Positions 32,536-43,438 of a stretch of 64,000 bases of DNA are shown piece after piece. Each line of letters opens with the position of its first letter. The first letter of the stretch is position 1. A program made the translations under genes and the position numbers. The notes under the pieces are model-generated. The model ran no database searches. It saw nothing but the letters and a program-made list of their open reading frames with translations, and was not told the DNA's origin. Origin of the DNA: an uncultured Candidatus Rokubacteria bacterium (GTDB lineage: Bacteria > Methylomirabilota > Methylomirabilia > Rokubacteriales > CSP1-6); contig CAWBMV010000037.1 in the NCBI GenBank assembly GCA_963789955.1, positions 352,001 through 416,000 on the forward strand, given 5' to 3'.

Positions 32536-33989
32536 TCAGCCCAGGTTGACGACGACCGACTTCACCTCCGTGTACTCGGCGATTCCCTCGTGGCCGCCCT
32601 CGCGCCCGAGGCCCGATTCCTTGAAGCCGCCGAACGGGATCTCGTGCGTGTACCCGGTGGCGTCGTTGGCGCCGACCAGTCCGTACTCGAGCTGCTCGGA
32701 CACCCGGATCAGGCGGGCCAGGTCGCGCGTGTAGAAATACGCGGCGAGCCCGAACTTCGTCGCGTTCGCGCGCCGGATCACCTCGTCCTCGGTGTCGAAC
32801 ACCAGGATCGGCGCCGCCGGCCCGAAGATCTCCTCCTGCGCGATCGCCATGTCGTCGGTGACGCCGGTCAGGACCGCGGGCGCAGTAGAAGAAGCCCTTG
32901 GCGTAGGCGTCGTGGGTCAGGTAGCGGCCGCCGCCGACGAGCTTAGCGCCGTGCTGGACCGCGTCCTCGACCAGCGCGTGCACCTTCGCGCGTGTCTCCT
33001 CGTTGATCAGCGGACCGATCTGGGCGCCCGGCTCGAAGCCCGGCGCGACCTTCAGCTTCGCCACCGCGTCGACGAACGCCGGGATGAACTGCGTCGGCGA
33101 TGCCGCGCTGCACGTAGATCCGGTTCGCGCAGATGCACGACTGCCCGCCGACACGCAGAAACTTCATCGCCACCGCGCCCTCGAGCGCCGCCTTGAAGTC
33201 GGCGTCGTCGAACACGATGAAGGGCGCGTTGCCGCCGAGCTCGAAGGAGAGCCGCGTCACCTGCTTCGCGGCGGTCTCCATGATGCCCTTGCCCACGTCG
33301 GTCGACCCGGTGAAGCCGATCTTGCGGATCAGCGGGTGCGTGAGCAGCTCGGCGCCGACGAGACGTGAGCGGTTGGTCGTGAGCACGTTGAACACACCAC
33401 GCGGCAGTCCCGCCACCTCCGTGATGCGCGCGATGGCGAGTGCCGTGAGCGGCGTCGCCGACGCGGGCTTGAGCACGACCGTGCAGCCGGCGGCGAGCGC
33501 GGGCGCGATCTTGCGCGTGACCATCGTCGCCGGGAAGTTCCACGGCGTCACCGCGGCGACCGGCCCGATCGGCTGGCGCAAGACCCAGTAACGCTTGCCG
33601 GGCTGCGGCGACGGGATCCACTCACCGGTCATCCGCCGCGCTTCCTCCGCGAACCAGCCGAAGTAGCCGAGCGCGAACTGGACTTCCTTCCTGGCTTCCT
33701 CGTACGGCTTGCCGTTCTCGAGCGTCACGAGCCGCGCGAGCTCGTCGCGTCGCTCCTGCATGAGCTCCTGGACCTTGAGGAGGATGCTGCCGCGATCCTT
33801 CGGCGCCAGCATCGACCACTCGCGGAACGCCGCGTGCGCGGCGTTGACGGCGCGCTGGATCTCCGGCGCCGCGCCGTTGGCGACTCGCGCCACGACGCTC
33901 CCGTCAGCGGGGTTCTTGACGTCGAAGGTGGCGTCGCTCTCGGCGAGAATCCACTCGCCGTCGATGTACATGCGCTCGAGGTCTGCCAT
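32536..33989 (-). CDS. gabD: NAD(P)-dependent succinate-semialdehyde-type aldehyde dehydrogenase (2 frameshifts)
   Basis: TPWNFP, FTGST, ELGGNAP, GQSCIC, EEIFGP, PFGGFKESG. Confidence 0.85.
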
Positions 33990-34082
33990 GCGAACCCTCC
34001 GACCGGACGGATTTGGCGACGTCGCCGCGAGAGCCTACGCCCGGGCGATACGGCGCGCTAGACGCGCCGCGGCATGCGCGCG

Positions 34083-35426
34083 CTAGGCGTCGTTCGCGAG
34101 GTGATCCGCGAGCCAGCGCGCGGTCCGCAGAAGCTGACCATCCCGGTGGGGCGCGCCGACCAGCTGAGCGCCGAGCGGAAGACCGTTGGCACCCCGCATC
34201 ACCGGCACGTTGAGCGCCGGCATCCCGCAGAGCGTCCACACCGCGCAGAATGCCGGGTCGCCGGTCGACTCGAGCCCCTTGGGGGCGGTGCCGAACGCGG
34301 CGGGCGTCAGGATCGCGTCGTAGCGCTGCTCGAAGAGATCGGTCAGGCTCGCGACCATCGGGGGGACACGGCCGAGCGCTTCGAGGTAGTCGCGCGCGAG
34401 CACCCCACGGCCGTGCTCGATCCGAGCGCGCAGTGCGGCTGAGAGCTTGTCGCGGCCGGTTTCCCATTCCCGCCGAAGGTTGACCGCGATCTCGGCGCCG
34501 CCGATGGCGCGCTGCCACTCGAGCACTTCGTCGGCCGGGGCGATCAGCTCCACCTCTTCTACGCGGTCGCCGAGACGCTCGACCAGCTTGTCGAGCGCTT
34601 CGCGGGCGTCGGTGTCCACCTGGTCCCACATGGACGTCTTCACGAACGCGAACATCGGCGCCCGCGGCGGCTCCGTGGTGGCCACGACCCGGTACGCGAC
34701 GCGAGCGCGGGGACGCGAATCTGGATCGCGTGCGTCGTGCGACGCCAGCGCTTCGAGGAGCAGCGCGATGTCCTCGATCGCGCGCGCGAAGAGTCCCACG
34801 TGGTCCAGCGTACGGGAAAGCTGGAACATGCCGTGGCGAGGAACCAGCCCGTGTGTCGGCTTGAGCCCGTATACGCCGCAGTACGCAGCGGGCCGTACCG
34901 TCGACCCGGTCGTCTGGCTGCCGAGCGCCAGCGGCACCATCCCGGCGGCGACCGCCGCAGCCGAGCCGCTCGAGGAGCCGCCGGGCGTGTGTCCGGTGTT
35001 GTGCGGATTGCGCGTCTTCCCGGGGGTGCGGGTGGCAAACTCCGTCGTGACCGTTTTGCCCATGATGACCGCACCCGCGCCCCGGAGCAGAGAGACGACC
35101 GACGCATCGCGCGACGGAGTCCGCCCGGCGTGCAACACAGAGCCGTTCTCCGTAGGCATGTCCGCCGTGTCGATGATGTCCTTGAGGCCCACCGGTACGC
35201 CGTGCAGCACCCCGATCGGCTGTCCGGACATGCGCGATTGGTCGGCGGCGCGCGCCTGAGCCAGCGCGTACTCGGGATCGAGAAACGTCCACGCCTGCAC
35301 CTGCCCGTCGACCTCGCGCACTCGCGCCAGACAGGCCTGCACGAGATCGACCGACGTGACCGCGCCATCGCGAATCATCCGCGCGGCCTCGGCCGCCCCC
35401 AGCAGATGCAGATCCTTCACATCCAT
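34083..35426 (-). CDS. Amidase signature family enzyme
   Basis: GVPVGLKD, PGGSSSGS, GSQTTGSTVRPA. Confidence 0.92.
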   Translation of the reverse strand: MDVKDLHLLGAAEAARMIRDGAVTSVDLVQACLARVREVDGQVQAWTFLDPEYALAQARAADQSRMSGQPIGVLHGVPVGLKDIIDTADMPTENGSVLHAGRTPSRDASVVSLLRGAGAVIMGKTVTTEFATRTPGKTRNPHNTGHTPGGSSSGSAAAVAAGMVPLALGSQTTGSTVRPAAYCGVYGLKPTHGLVPRHGMFQLSRTLDHVGLFARAIEDIALLLEALASHDARDPDSRPRARVAYRVVATTEPPRAPMFAFVKTSMWDQVDTDAREALDKLVERLGDRVEEVELIAPADEVLEWQRAIGGAEIAVNLRREWETGRDKLSAALRARIEHGRGVLARDYLEALGRVPPMVASLTDLFEQRYDAILTPAAFGTAPKGLESTGDPAFCAVWTLCGMPALNVPVMRGANGLPLGAQLVGAPHRDGQLLRTARWLADHLANDA

Positions 35427-35447
35427 CGCGCCCTCGAGATGAGCACG

Positions 35448-36141
35448 TCAGGCGCCCGGCGCTTTCAGCACCAGAGAGAGCCGCTCGCCGTTGGCCGGGC
35501 GTCGCACGGTCAGCCGCAGCGGCGTCTCGAGACCCGAGTCGGCGAGCGCTTCACGAAGCGCGTCGCGCGTGACGACCGCCAGATCGTTGACCTGAAGGAT
35601 CACGTCGCCGACCTCGAGCCCTCCGCGATCCGCGGCGCTCTTCGGCACGACCACCGAGACCGCCAGGGCCGTCGACGAGCCGGGCTCGGGATCGCGCACG
35701 ATGAACCCGAACTCGGCCCCGATCCGCTCGCCGACCACCGCGCGGGGCATCGCCGCGAGCCGGACGTCGAGGCGGCGCCGGCCTTCGGCCCGGAGCACGG
35801 TCAAGCGAACGTCCTTGCCCGGCGCCGACGAGGCGATGAACCGCTGGAGCACCCGCGTCTCGGTCACCGGACGCTCCTCGAACGCCACGACCAGGTCGCC
35901 GTTCTTGAGCCCCGCCGTCTGGGCCGGCGTTCCCTCCATCACCTCGACGATGAAGACGCCGAATCCCTCGCGCAGACCGTGGCGCGACGAGATTTCGTCC
36001 ATCTCCTGCTCGGACAGGTCGCGAATACGGACGCCGAGCCACGCCCACTGCGCTGCGGCCAGGGTCGCACGCCGGCGCGGCGAGAGCGAGCAGCAGCAGG
36101 ACGGCCAACGCGCGGAGCAGCACGCGCGGGTCGCGCGTCAT
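35448..36141 (-). CDS. Exported tandem-PDZ protein without protease domain (frameshift near 36060)
   Basis: Signal peptide; WLGVRI, PAQTAGLKNGD, GLEVGDVILQVN. Confidence 0.8.
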
Positions 36142-36767
36142 TCGCGTCCCCGCCGCAGCTCGTTCACGAGCTGGTCGAGTGCCGCGCCCAGACGCTCGAG
36201 GCGGCGGGTGACGTCGAGCGTTTCGAGCAGCTCCTGGCGCAGGGTGGAGTCGGGAACCACCGCCGCGGCGATCCGGTCGGCGATCACGCCCGGCGCTTGC
36301 CCCTCCGCCAGCGCGGTGTCGAGCAGGTCTGACGGACGATCGAGCGCCTGCAGCAGGCGTCCGCACGCGTTGCGAATGCGATGGAGCGCCGCCGAGACGT
36401 CGGTCGTCGGCGCGACCTCCTCGAGCTTCTGCGCCGTGACGATCCGATAGAGGGTGTCGCTCGGCCGCTCGCTGTCGATGCGGATGCGCCACTCGCCCTT
36501 GACGAGGATGTTGTAGCGGCCCGTCGCGAGCCGCTCCCAGCTCACGATCTCGCCCGCGCCGGCCACCGGATGCACGGCCGGCTTGCCGAGATAGCTCGCC
36601 TGGTCGAACCCCGGCTGGAGCTTCACGACCGCGAGTCGGCGGTCGCGCGCCAGCACGTCCATCACCATCGCGCGGTAGCGCGCCTCGAAGACGTGGAGCG
36701 GCAGCAGGGTGCTCGGGAAGAACGTCACGTCCGGCAGCGGAAAGATCGGCAGGGTCAACGGCGGCAC
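36138..36767 (-). CDS. LON peptidase substrate-binding domain protein
   Basis: LPIFPL, LPLHVFEARYRAM, RQELLE. Confidence 0.88.
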   Translation of the reverse strand: MPPLTLPIFPLPDVTFFPSTLLPLHVFEARYRAMVMDVLARDRRLAVVKLQPGFDQASYLGKPAVHPVAGAGEIVSWERLATGRYNILVKGEWRIRIDSERPSDTLYRIVTAQKLEEVAPTTDVSAALHRIRNACGRLLQALDRPSDLLDTALAEGQAPGVIADRIAAAVVPDSTLRQELLETLDVTRRLERLGAALDQLVNELRRGRE

Positions 36768-36789
36768 GACATCGATTCCCTCGGCCGCG

Positions 36790-37902
36790 TCAGCCGATCT
36801 TCGGCAGCGGCCGGAGCGCGGCCAGCTCGTCGAGACGCTGTCGCACGGCCACCGCCAGCTCGCGGAACGTCCGGGCCTGGACCGAATCGGGGACGCGAAT
36901 CGTGATCGGGGTGCCCTCGTCGCCGGCCAGCCGCGTGGCCGGATCGAGCGGCACCTGCGCGAGCAGCGGCACGCCGTATTCGTCGGCGAGCTTCTGACCG
37001 CCGCCTTCGCCGAAGATCGCGTAGCGCTTGCCGGTATCGGGCGCCACGAAGTAGCTCATGTTCTCGACGATACCGAGGATCGGCACGTTGAGCTTCTGGA
37101 ACATCGCGATCGCCTTGCGCACGTCGAGCAGCGCGACCTCTTGCGGCGTGGTCACCATCACGACACCCGAGAGCGGGATGACCTGCGAGAGCGAGAGCTG
37201 GGCGTCGCCCGTGCCCGGCGGCATGTCGAAGACCAGATAGTCGAGGGCGCCCCACGAGACGTCCTTCAGCATCTGCTGGATGAAGGAGTGGATCATCGGC
37301 CCGCGCCACACGAGCGGCTCCTTCTCGTTCACGAGCAGGCCGATCGACATCATCTTCATGCCGTGCGCTTCGACCGGAATGATCCGGTTGTCGAACATGC
37401 CCGGGCGCCCTCGCGTGCCGAGCATGAGCGGGATGTCCGGGCCGTAGACGTCGGAGTCGATGATGCCGATCGCGGCGCCGGCCTGGCGCAGCGCCACCGC
37501 GAGGTTCACCGTGACCGTCGACTTGCCGACGCCCCCCTTGCCCGACGACACCGCGATCGTCTGCTTCACCTCGGGGATCAAGTTCTCGGCCTTCGGCGGG
37601 CCGCCGTGAGCGTGCCCCTGCCCGTGAGCGTGCGGCGCCGCCTGAGCCGGGCGCCCGGGCTGCCCGGCGCCCATCTTGACCTGGACCTTCTCCACGCCCG
37701 GGACGCGCCCCACGGCCCGCGAGGCCATGCTGTGCAAGGTGGCTTTCGACGCCGGCGACTGGCTCGTGAACGCGAGCGTGAAGCTGACCTGCGAATCGGC
37801 GATCGTGAGGTCTCGAATGAGCCCGAGCGTCACGATGTCCTGCTGCGCTTCGGGATCCTTCACCGCCCGCAGCGCGTCCAGCACGGCGTCCTGAGTGACC
37901 AT
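36790..37902 (-). CDS. apbC: Mrp/ApbC Fe-S cluster carrier ATPase
   Basis: N-terminal DUF59-like domain, SGKGGVGKS, WRGPM, DMPPGTGD, ENMS. Confidence 0.92.
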   Translation of the reverse strand: MVTQDAVLDALRAVKDPEAQQDIVTLGLIRDLTIADSQVSFTLAFTSQSPASKATLHSMASRAVGRVPGVEKVQVKMGAGQPGRPAQAAPHAHGQGHAHGGPPKAENLIPEVKQTIAVSSGKGGVGKSTVTVNLAVALRQAGAAIGIIDSDVYGPDIPLMLGTRGRPGMFDNRIIPVEAHGMKMMSIGLLVNEKEPLVWRGPMIHSFIQQMLKDVSWGALDYLVFDMPPGTGDAQLSLSQVIPLSGVVMVTTPQEVALLDVRKAIAMFQKLNVPILGIVENMSYFVAPDTGKRYAIFGEGGGQKLADEYGVPLLAQVPLDPATRLAGDEGTPITIRVPDSVQARTFRELAVAVRQRLDELAALRPLPKIG

Positions 37903-38011
37903 AGGGGCGACTATACAGGAGCGTCGAGCGCTTTCAACGTGATCGGCGCACATCCCCGCTATCTATGCGCGGAACCTTGCATTCTCGTCACCGACCTGCT
38001 ACAAAAAGCGA

Positions 38012-38497
38012 GTGATCTCCCCGGACGAATTCCGCCATACGCTGAGCCATTTCGCCTCGGGCGTGACGGTCATCACCGTGTGCGACCGCGACGGCCGGCC
38101 GACCGGTCTCACCGCGAGCGCCTTCACGTCGGTCTCGCTCGAGCCGCCGCTCATCCTCGTCTGCGTCGACCACAAGTCGCAGAGCTATCCGGCCTTGGTC
38201 GCCGGCAAGCAGTTCGCGGTCAACGTCCTCTGTCATGACCAGGAGGGCGTGTCGCGCCGGTTCGCCACGACCAAGATCGAGAACAAGTTCGAGGGCGTGC
38301 CGTTCACGTTGAGCCCGCTGGGCCTGCCGCTCCTCGACAACGCGCTCGCCCACCTCGAGTGCGCGACCGTCAACGTGCACCTCGAGGGTGACCACTCGAT
38401 CTTCGTCGGTCGCGTCGAGCGCGCGCGCGTCGGCGCCGGGCACCCGCTGGTCTATTTCCGCGGCCGCTACGATCGTCTGACCGGGGCCACTCCGTGA
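38012..38497 (+). CDS. Flavin reductase family protein
   Basis: FASGVTVIT, SVSLEPP, GDHSIFVG. Confidence 0.92.
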   Translation: MISPDEFRHTLSHFASGVTVITVCDRDGRPTGLTASAFTSVSLEPPLILVCVDHKSQSYPALVAGKQFAVNVLCHDQEGVSRRFATTKIENKFEGVPFTLSPLGLPLLDNALAHLECATVNVHLEGDHSIFVGRVERARVGAGHPLVYFRGRYDRLTGATP

Positions 38498-39576
38498 CAT
38501 TCGTTCCGCTGTCACGCCCGCCGGTCGACGACGAGATCAAGCGGGCGGTCCTGGCCGCGATCGACTCGCGCCAGTACATCCTGGGCCCGCAGTGCCGGCA
38601 GCTCGAGACGGAGCTGGCGAGCACGACCGGCGTGAAGCACGCGGTGCTGACGAGCTCCGCCACCGCGGCGCTGTGGCTCGCGCTCCGGGCGCTGGGCGTG
38701 AAGGCGGGGGACGAAGTGCTCGTCCCGTCGCACACCGCGTTCCCGACCGTCGAGGCGATCTGCGTCGCCGAGGCGACCCCCGTGTTCGTCGACGCCGACG
38801 AGTTCTACACGCTCGACATGCGCGACGCGGAAGCGAAGGCGACGCCGCGCACGGTCGGGATGGTCCCGGTGCATCTCTACGGTCAGTCGGTCGACCTCGC
38901 GGCCGTCGAGCGTCTGGCTTCGCGATTGGGCCTCTGGATCCTCGAGGACTGCGCGCAGGCGCAAGGCGCCGAGTGGACCGGACGCCGGGTCGGGAGCTTC
39001 GGCCGCGCCGCCGTCTTCTCGTTCTATCCGTCGAAGAATCTGCCGGGCATGGGCGACGGCGGGGCCATCCTCACGAGCGACGACGAGATTGCCGATCGCT
39101 GCCGGCGGCTGCGCGATCACGGCCGCCTCGACAAGAACGTGCACGCCGAGCTCGGCTTCAATCTGCGGTTCAGCGAGCTGCAGGCCGCGGCGCTGCGCGT
39201 GTTGCTGCCGCGCCTCGACGCGATGAACGAGCGCCGGCGCTCGCTCGCGCGGCGCTACGCGGACGGCCTCGCCGACCTGCCGGTCGTGCTGCCGGCCGAG
39301 CGCGAGCGGGCGCGCCACGTCTATCACCTCTATGTCGTGCGGACACCGCGGCGCGCCGAGCTGGCGGCCTTCCTCAAGGAGCGCGGGATCCAGACCGGGA
39401 TCCACTATCCGGTCCCGACGCATCGTCAGCCCCCGGTCGAGCACCTCGCGCCGCCGTCGCTGCCGCGCACGGAGCAGCTCGTCGAGGAGATCCTGACGTT
39501 GCCGATGTCAGCCGACCACGCGGACGAGGAAATCGACCGGGTCGTCGCCGCGGTCCGCGCCTTCTTCAGGGCCTAA
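38494..39576 (+). CDS. DegT/DnrJ/EryC1/StrS aminotransferase
   Basis: VHLYG, EDCAQA, SFYPSKNL. Confidence 0.92.
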   Translation: MTFVPLSRPPVDDEIKRAVLAAIDSRQYILGPQCRQLETELASTTGVKHAVLTSSATAALWLALRALGVKAGDEVLVPSHTAFPTVEAICVAEATPVFVDADEFYTLDMRDAEAKATPRTVGMVPVHLYGQSVDLAAVERLASRLGLWILEDCAQAQGAEWTGRRVGSFGRAAVFSFYPSKNLPGMGDGGAILTSDDEIADRCRRLRDHGRLDKNVHAELGFNLRFSELQAAALRVLLPRLDAMNERRRSLARRYADGLADLPVVLPAERERARHVYHLYVVRTPRRAELAAFLKERGIQTGIHYPVPTHRQPPVEHLAPPSLPRTEQLVEEILTLPMSADHADEEIDRVVAAVRAFFRA

Positions 39577-39580
39577 CGCG

Positions 39581-40729
39581 TTGCCAGCCGCCGGACGCGG
39601 GGCTCCCCCGCCGTCGAGCCCCCCTCTCCGGATCCTGCAGCTCTACCCCAAGGCGGACTACTTCACCGGCGCGGCGATCCAGCTGCGGGATCTCGCGGTC
39701 GGCCTGGCCGCCCGCGGCCACGCCGTGACGGTCGCGACACCGCCGAGCGAGCTCTGGGCCGAGCGGATGGCCGCGGCCGGCGTCGGGTACGTCCCGATCC
39801 CGATGCAGCGCGCCTGGGACGTGCGCGCGGCGTGGCGTCTGGCGAAGGTGATCCGCGCCCGCGAGATCCAGGTGGCTCATGCGCACAAGGGACGGGCGCG
39901 CACGCTCGCGCTGCTCGCCGGGCTCATGGGCGCGCGGTCGAAGCTCGTCCTGAATCGCGGCGTCAGCTTCCACGTGCCCCGGGTGCGCCGGGTCGGCTAC
40001 ACGAGCCGGCGCGTTCACGCGATCGTCGCGGTCTGCGAGTCGATCAAGCGCGATCTGGTCGCGACCGGGGTGCCGGCCCAGAAGATCGAGGTCATCTACT
40101 CGGGCACCGACGTCCTGCGCTTCCATCCCGGCCTCGACGGCCAGGCGATCCGCCGAGAGCTGGGCCTCACCGCCGAGCATTTCCTCATCACGCAGATCGG
40201 CGTCCGCTCGTGGCGCGGCTGGAGCGACGTGCTCGAGGCGATGACGCGGATCGCGCCGCAAGCGCCCCGCGCGCGCCTGCTCTTCGTCGGGGCGCCGCCG
40301 CCCCGCATCGTGGAGCTCGGCGAGCGCGCGCGCGAGCGCGGGCTCGAGGGCCGCGTGCTCGTGCTCGGTCATCGCGAGGACGTCCCGCAGATCCTCACCG
40401 CCTCGGACGTGGTCGTCGACGCCTCGTACGCCGGCGCCGGGCTCACCGGCTCGATCCGCGAGGCGCTCGCCTGCGAGCGGCCGGTGGTCGCCACCGATCT
40501 GGCCGGCATGCCCGAGCTGGTGGTCGACGGCGAGACCGGCCTGCTGGTGCCCCCGCGCGATCCGGACGCGCTGGCCCAGGCGCTCCGGCGCGTGCTCGAG
40601 AACCCGACGTGGGCCCAGACGATGGCGCGAGCCGGCTGCAAGCGCGTCGACGCGCACTTCTCGCTCCGCGCCAAGCTCGACGCGACCGAGGCGCTCTACC
40701 GGCGCCTCGTCGAGACGAGCGCGGCATGA
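39581..40729 (+). CDS. GT4 glycosyltransferase
   Basis: EALACERPVVAT..GMPE.V.DGETGLL. Confidence 0.9.
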   Translation: MPAAGRGAPPPSSPPLRILQLYPKADYFTGAAIQLRDLAVGLAARGHAVTVATPPSELWAERMAAAGVGYVPIPMQRAWDVRAAWRLAKVIRAREIQVAHAHKGRARTLALLAGLMGARSKLVLNRGVSFHVPRVRRVGYTSRRVHAIVAVCESIKRDLVATGVPAQKIEVIYSGTDVLRFHPGLDGQAIRRELGLTAEHFLITQIGVRSWRGWSDVLEAMTRIAPQAPRARLLFVGAPPPRIVELGERARERGLEGRVLVLGHREDVPQILTASDVVVDASYAGAGLTGSIREALACERPVVATDLAGMPELVVDGETGLLVPPRDPDALAQALRRVLENPTWAQTMARAGCKRVDAHFSLRAKLDATEALYRRLVETSAA

Positions 40730-42471
40730 ACGTGCGCTTCGATCTCTACCGCCGCCTGCTGGCCTATCTCCGCCCGCACGTGCCGGCGCTGATCGTCGGG
40801 ACGGTGCTCGCGGTCGTGGTCGCCGCGATGGAAGGCTCGATCGCCTGGCTCGTCAAGCCGGCGATGGACGACGTGTTCATCCGCCGCGACGAGCGGATGC
40901 TGAAGCTCATCCCGCTGCTGTTCCTGGCCGCGTATATCGCCAAGGGTCTGGCCCGCTACGGCCAGTCGTACCTGATGGCCTCGATCGGCGAGCGCGTGAT
41001 CGCGCGCCTCCGCCGCGACGTCTACGCCCACCTGCAGCGCATGTCGCTGTCGTTCTTCACCAGCCGCCACACGGCGGAGCTGATGTCTCGCGTCGTCACC
41101 GACGTGAACCGCCTGGCGCGCCTGTCCTCGACGGTGCTGGTGATGACGATCCGCCAGATGGTCATGGTGGTGGCGCTCACGACCGTCATGTTCGTGCGCG
41201 ACTGGCGGCTCGCCGTGATCGCGCTGGTGGTCTTCCCCTTCGTCGGCGTCGCCGTGCGCTCGATCGGCCGCCGGCTCTATCGCATCAACAAGCGGTCGCA
41301 GCAGAAGGTGGCCGAGCTGAACGTGCTGCTCCACGAGGTGTTCTCGGGGACCAAGATCGTCAAGGCGTTCGGGCGCGAGGCCCACGAGGTCGAGCGATTC
41401 GATCGGGTCAACCGCGCGCTCCTCTCGCTCGCCCTCAAGGATCACCGCACCGACGAGATCACGGACCCGCTGATGGAGATCCTGGCCGCGTTCGGCATCA
41501 TGGGCGCCCTCTGGTACGGCGGCCAGCAGGTCATCGCGGGCACGATGACACCCGGCGATTTCTTCTCGTTCACGGCCGCGGTGGCCCTTCTCTACGGGCC
41601 GGTGCGGCAGCTCTCGCGGATCGTCAACACCGTGCAGCAGTCGACCTCGTCGGTCGAGCGGGTCTTCGAGATCCTCGATCTGCCGCCGGCGATCGACGAT
41701 CGGCCGAACGCCGTGGTGCTCGACGCCTTCAGCGAGAGCCTCGTGTTCGACCAGGTGAGCTTCCGGCACGCGGACTCCGACGAGCTCACCTTGCGCGACA
41801 TCTCGCTGACCGTCGCCCGGGGCGAGGTGGTCGCGTTCGTGGGCATGAGCGGCGCCGGCAAGTCGACCCTGATGGACCTGCTGCCGCGCTTCCACGATGT
41901 CAGCGCCGGGCGGATCACGATCGACGGCCACGACCTGCGCGACGTCACCCAGGCCTCGCTTCGCGCGCTGATCGGCATCGTCACCCAGGAGACGTTCCTC
42001 TTCAGCGACTCGATCCTCTACAACATCGCCTACGGCCGTCCCGGCGCGCCGTTCGAGGACATCGTCCGGGCCGCCCGTCAGGCGCACGCGGAGGAGTTCA
42101 TCGCCGGCTGCCCCGACGGCTACCAGACGCTGGTGGGCGAGCGCGGCGTGCGGCTCTCCGGCGGCCAGCGCCAGCGCATCGCGATCGCGCGCGCGTTCCT
42201 GAAGAATCCGCCGATCTTGATCCTCGACGAGGCGACGTCCGACCTCGACGCCGAGAGCGAGTTCATGATCCAGCAGGCGCTGGCCGAGCTGATGCGGGGC
42301 CGTACGGTCCTCGTCATCGCGCACCGGCTCGCGACCGTGCGAAACGCCGACCGCATCGTCGTGGTCCACGAGGGTCGGCTCGCGGAGGTCGGACGCCACG
42401 ACGAGCTGCTCGCGCGCGACGGGCTCTACCGTCGCCTCTACGCGCTGCAGATGGAAGGCGTCGCGGGCTAG
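40726..42471 (+). CDS. msbA: MsbA-like ABC exporter (TMD+NBD)
   Basis: Six-TM domain; GMSGAGKST, LSGGQRQR, LDEATS. Confidence 0.8.
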   Translation: MNVRFDLYRRLLAYLRPHVPALIVGTVLAVVVAAMEGSIAWLVKPAMDDVFIRRDERMLKLIPLLFLAAYIAKGLARYGQSYLMASIGERVIARLRRDVYAHLQRMSLSFFTSRHTAELMSRVVTDVNRLARLSSTVLVMTIRQMVMVVALTTVMFVRDWRLAVIALVVFPFVGVAVRSIGRRLYRINKRSQQKVAELNVLLHEVFSGTKIVKAFGREAHEVERFDRVNRALLSLALKDHRTDEITDPLMEILAAFGIMGALWYGGQQVIAGTMTPGDFFSFTAAVALLYGPVRQLSRIVNTVQQSTSSVERVFEILDLPPAIDDRPNAVVLDAFSESLVFDQVSFRHADSDELTLRDISLTVARGEVVAFVGMSGAGKSTLMDLLPRFHDVSAGRITIDGHDLRDVTQASLRALIGIVTQETFLFSDSILYNIAYGRPGAPFEDIVRAARQAHAEEFIAGCPDGYQTLVGERGVRLSGGQRQRIAIARAFLKNPPILILDEATSDLDAESEFMIQQALAELMRGRTVLVIAHRLATVRNADRIVVVHEGRLAEVGRHDELLARDGLYRRLYALQMEGVAG

Positions 42472-42498
42472 ACTCTCGCCCAAGGGAAAGGGGCACCC

Positions 42499-43416
42499 AT
42501 GGGCACGACGCGTCGGGACGGGCACAGTACACCTACGAAGTCGACGACGATTGGCAGAAGCTTCCCGCCGGCTGGAACGATTCCCGTCGCCGCGGTCACC
42601 GTCGACTCGCACGATCGCGTCTACTGCTTCAATCGCATCGCCCGAGCACCCGATCATCGTGTTCGACCGCGACGGCAACGTGCTCTCGACCTGGGGCGCC
42701 GGTCTCTTCGCGTTTCCGCACACGATCCGCGCCGACGCGCAGGACAACCTCTGGATCGTGGACCGCGATCACGCGCAGATGTTCTACTTCAGCCCGACGG
42801 GCACGCTGCTGCGCACGATCGGCACGCGGGGTTACCGCTCGGACACCGGCGTCGATCCCGAAGGACTTCAGCTCGGTCGCCTACCGGAACGTCGACGCAC
42901 GGCGGCGGGCCGTTCAACCTGCCGACGGACATCGCACTGACGCCTTCGGGCGAGATGTTCATGACCGACGGTTACGGCAACGCGCGCGTGCACAAGTTCG
43001 CCGCGGACGGCACGTATCTCTTCTCCTGGGGTGAGCCCGGCTCGGGCCCGGGGCAATTCGCGCTGCCCCATGGCGTGTGGATCGACCGGCGCGGGCGCGT
43101 GCTCGTGTGTGATCGGGAGAACGACCGCGTGCAGATCTTCGACCAGCAGGGCAAGCTCCTCGAGATCTGGCCGACGAAGCTGATCGGGCCGGCGACGTTC
43201 TACGTGGACGCCGACGACGTCGTCTACGTCCCCGAGCACAACGGCGGGCTGGTCAGCGTCCTGACCCTCGACGGGGAGCGCCTGGCCCAGTGGGGCGATC
43301 CGAGCTTTCGCTCGTGTCACGGCATCTGGGGCGACTCGCACGGCGATCTCTACGTGGTGCGGCCCGGCGCGTGGGGGCGTCCCCGGCGCATCGTCAAATA
43401 CACGCGCACGCGGTAG
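42499..43416 (+). CDS. NHL-repeat beta-propeller (PAL-like) protein, frameshifted
   Basis: FPHTI, FNLPTDIA, DGYGNARV, FALPHGV, DRENDRVQ. Confidence 0.85.
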   Translation: MGTTRRDGHSTPTKSTTIGRSFPPAGTIPVAAVTVDSHDRVYCFNRIARAPDHRVRPRRQRALDLGRRSLRVSAHDPRRRAGQPLDRGPRSRADVLLQPDGHAAAHDRHAGLPLGHRRRSRRTSARSPTGTSTHGGGPFNLPTDIALTPSGEMFMTDGYGNARVHKFAADGTYLFSWGEPGSGPGQFALPHGVWIDRRGRVLVCDRENDRVQIFDQQGKLLEIWPTKLIGPATFYVDADDVVYVPEHNGGLVSVLTLDGERLAQWGDPSFRSCHGIWGDSHGDLYVVRPGAWGRPRRIVKYTRTR

Positions 43417-43438
43417 AACGACGACGGGAGAACGGACG

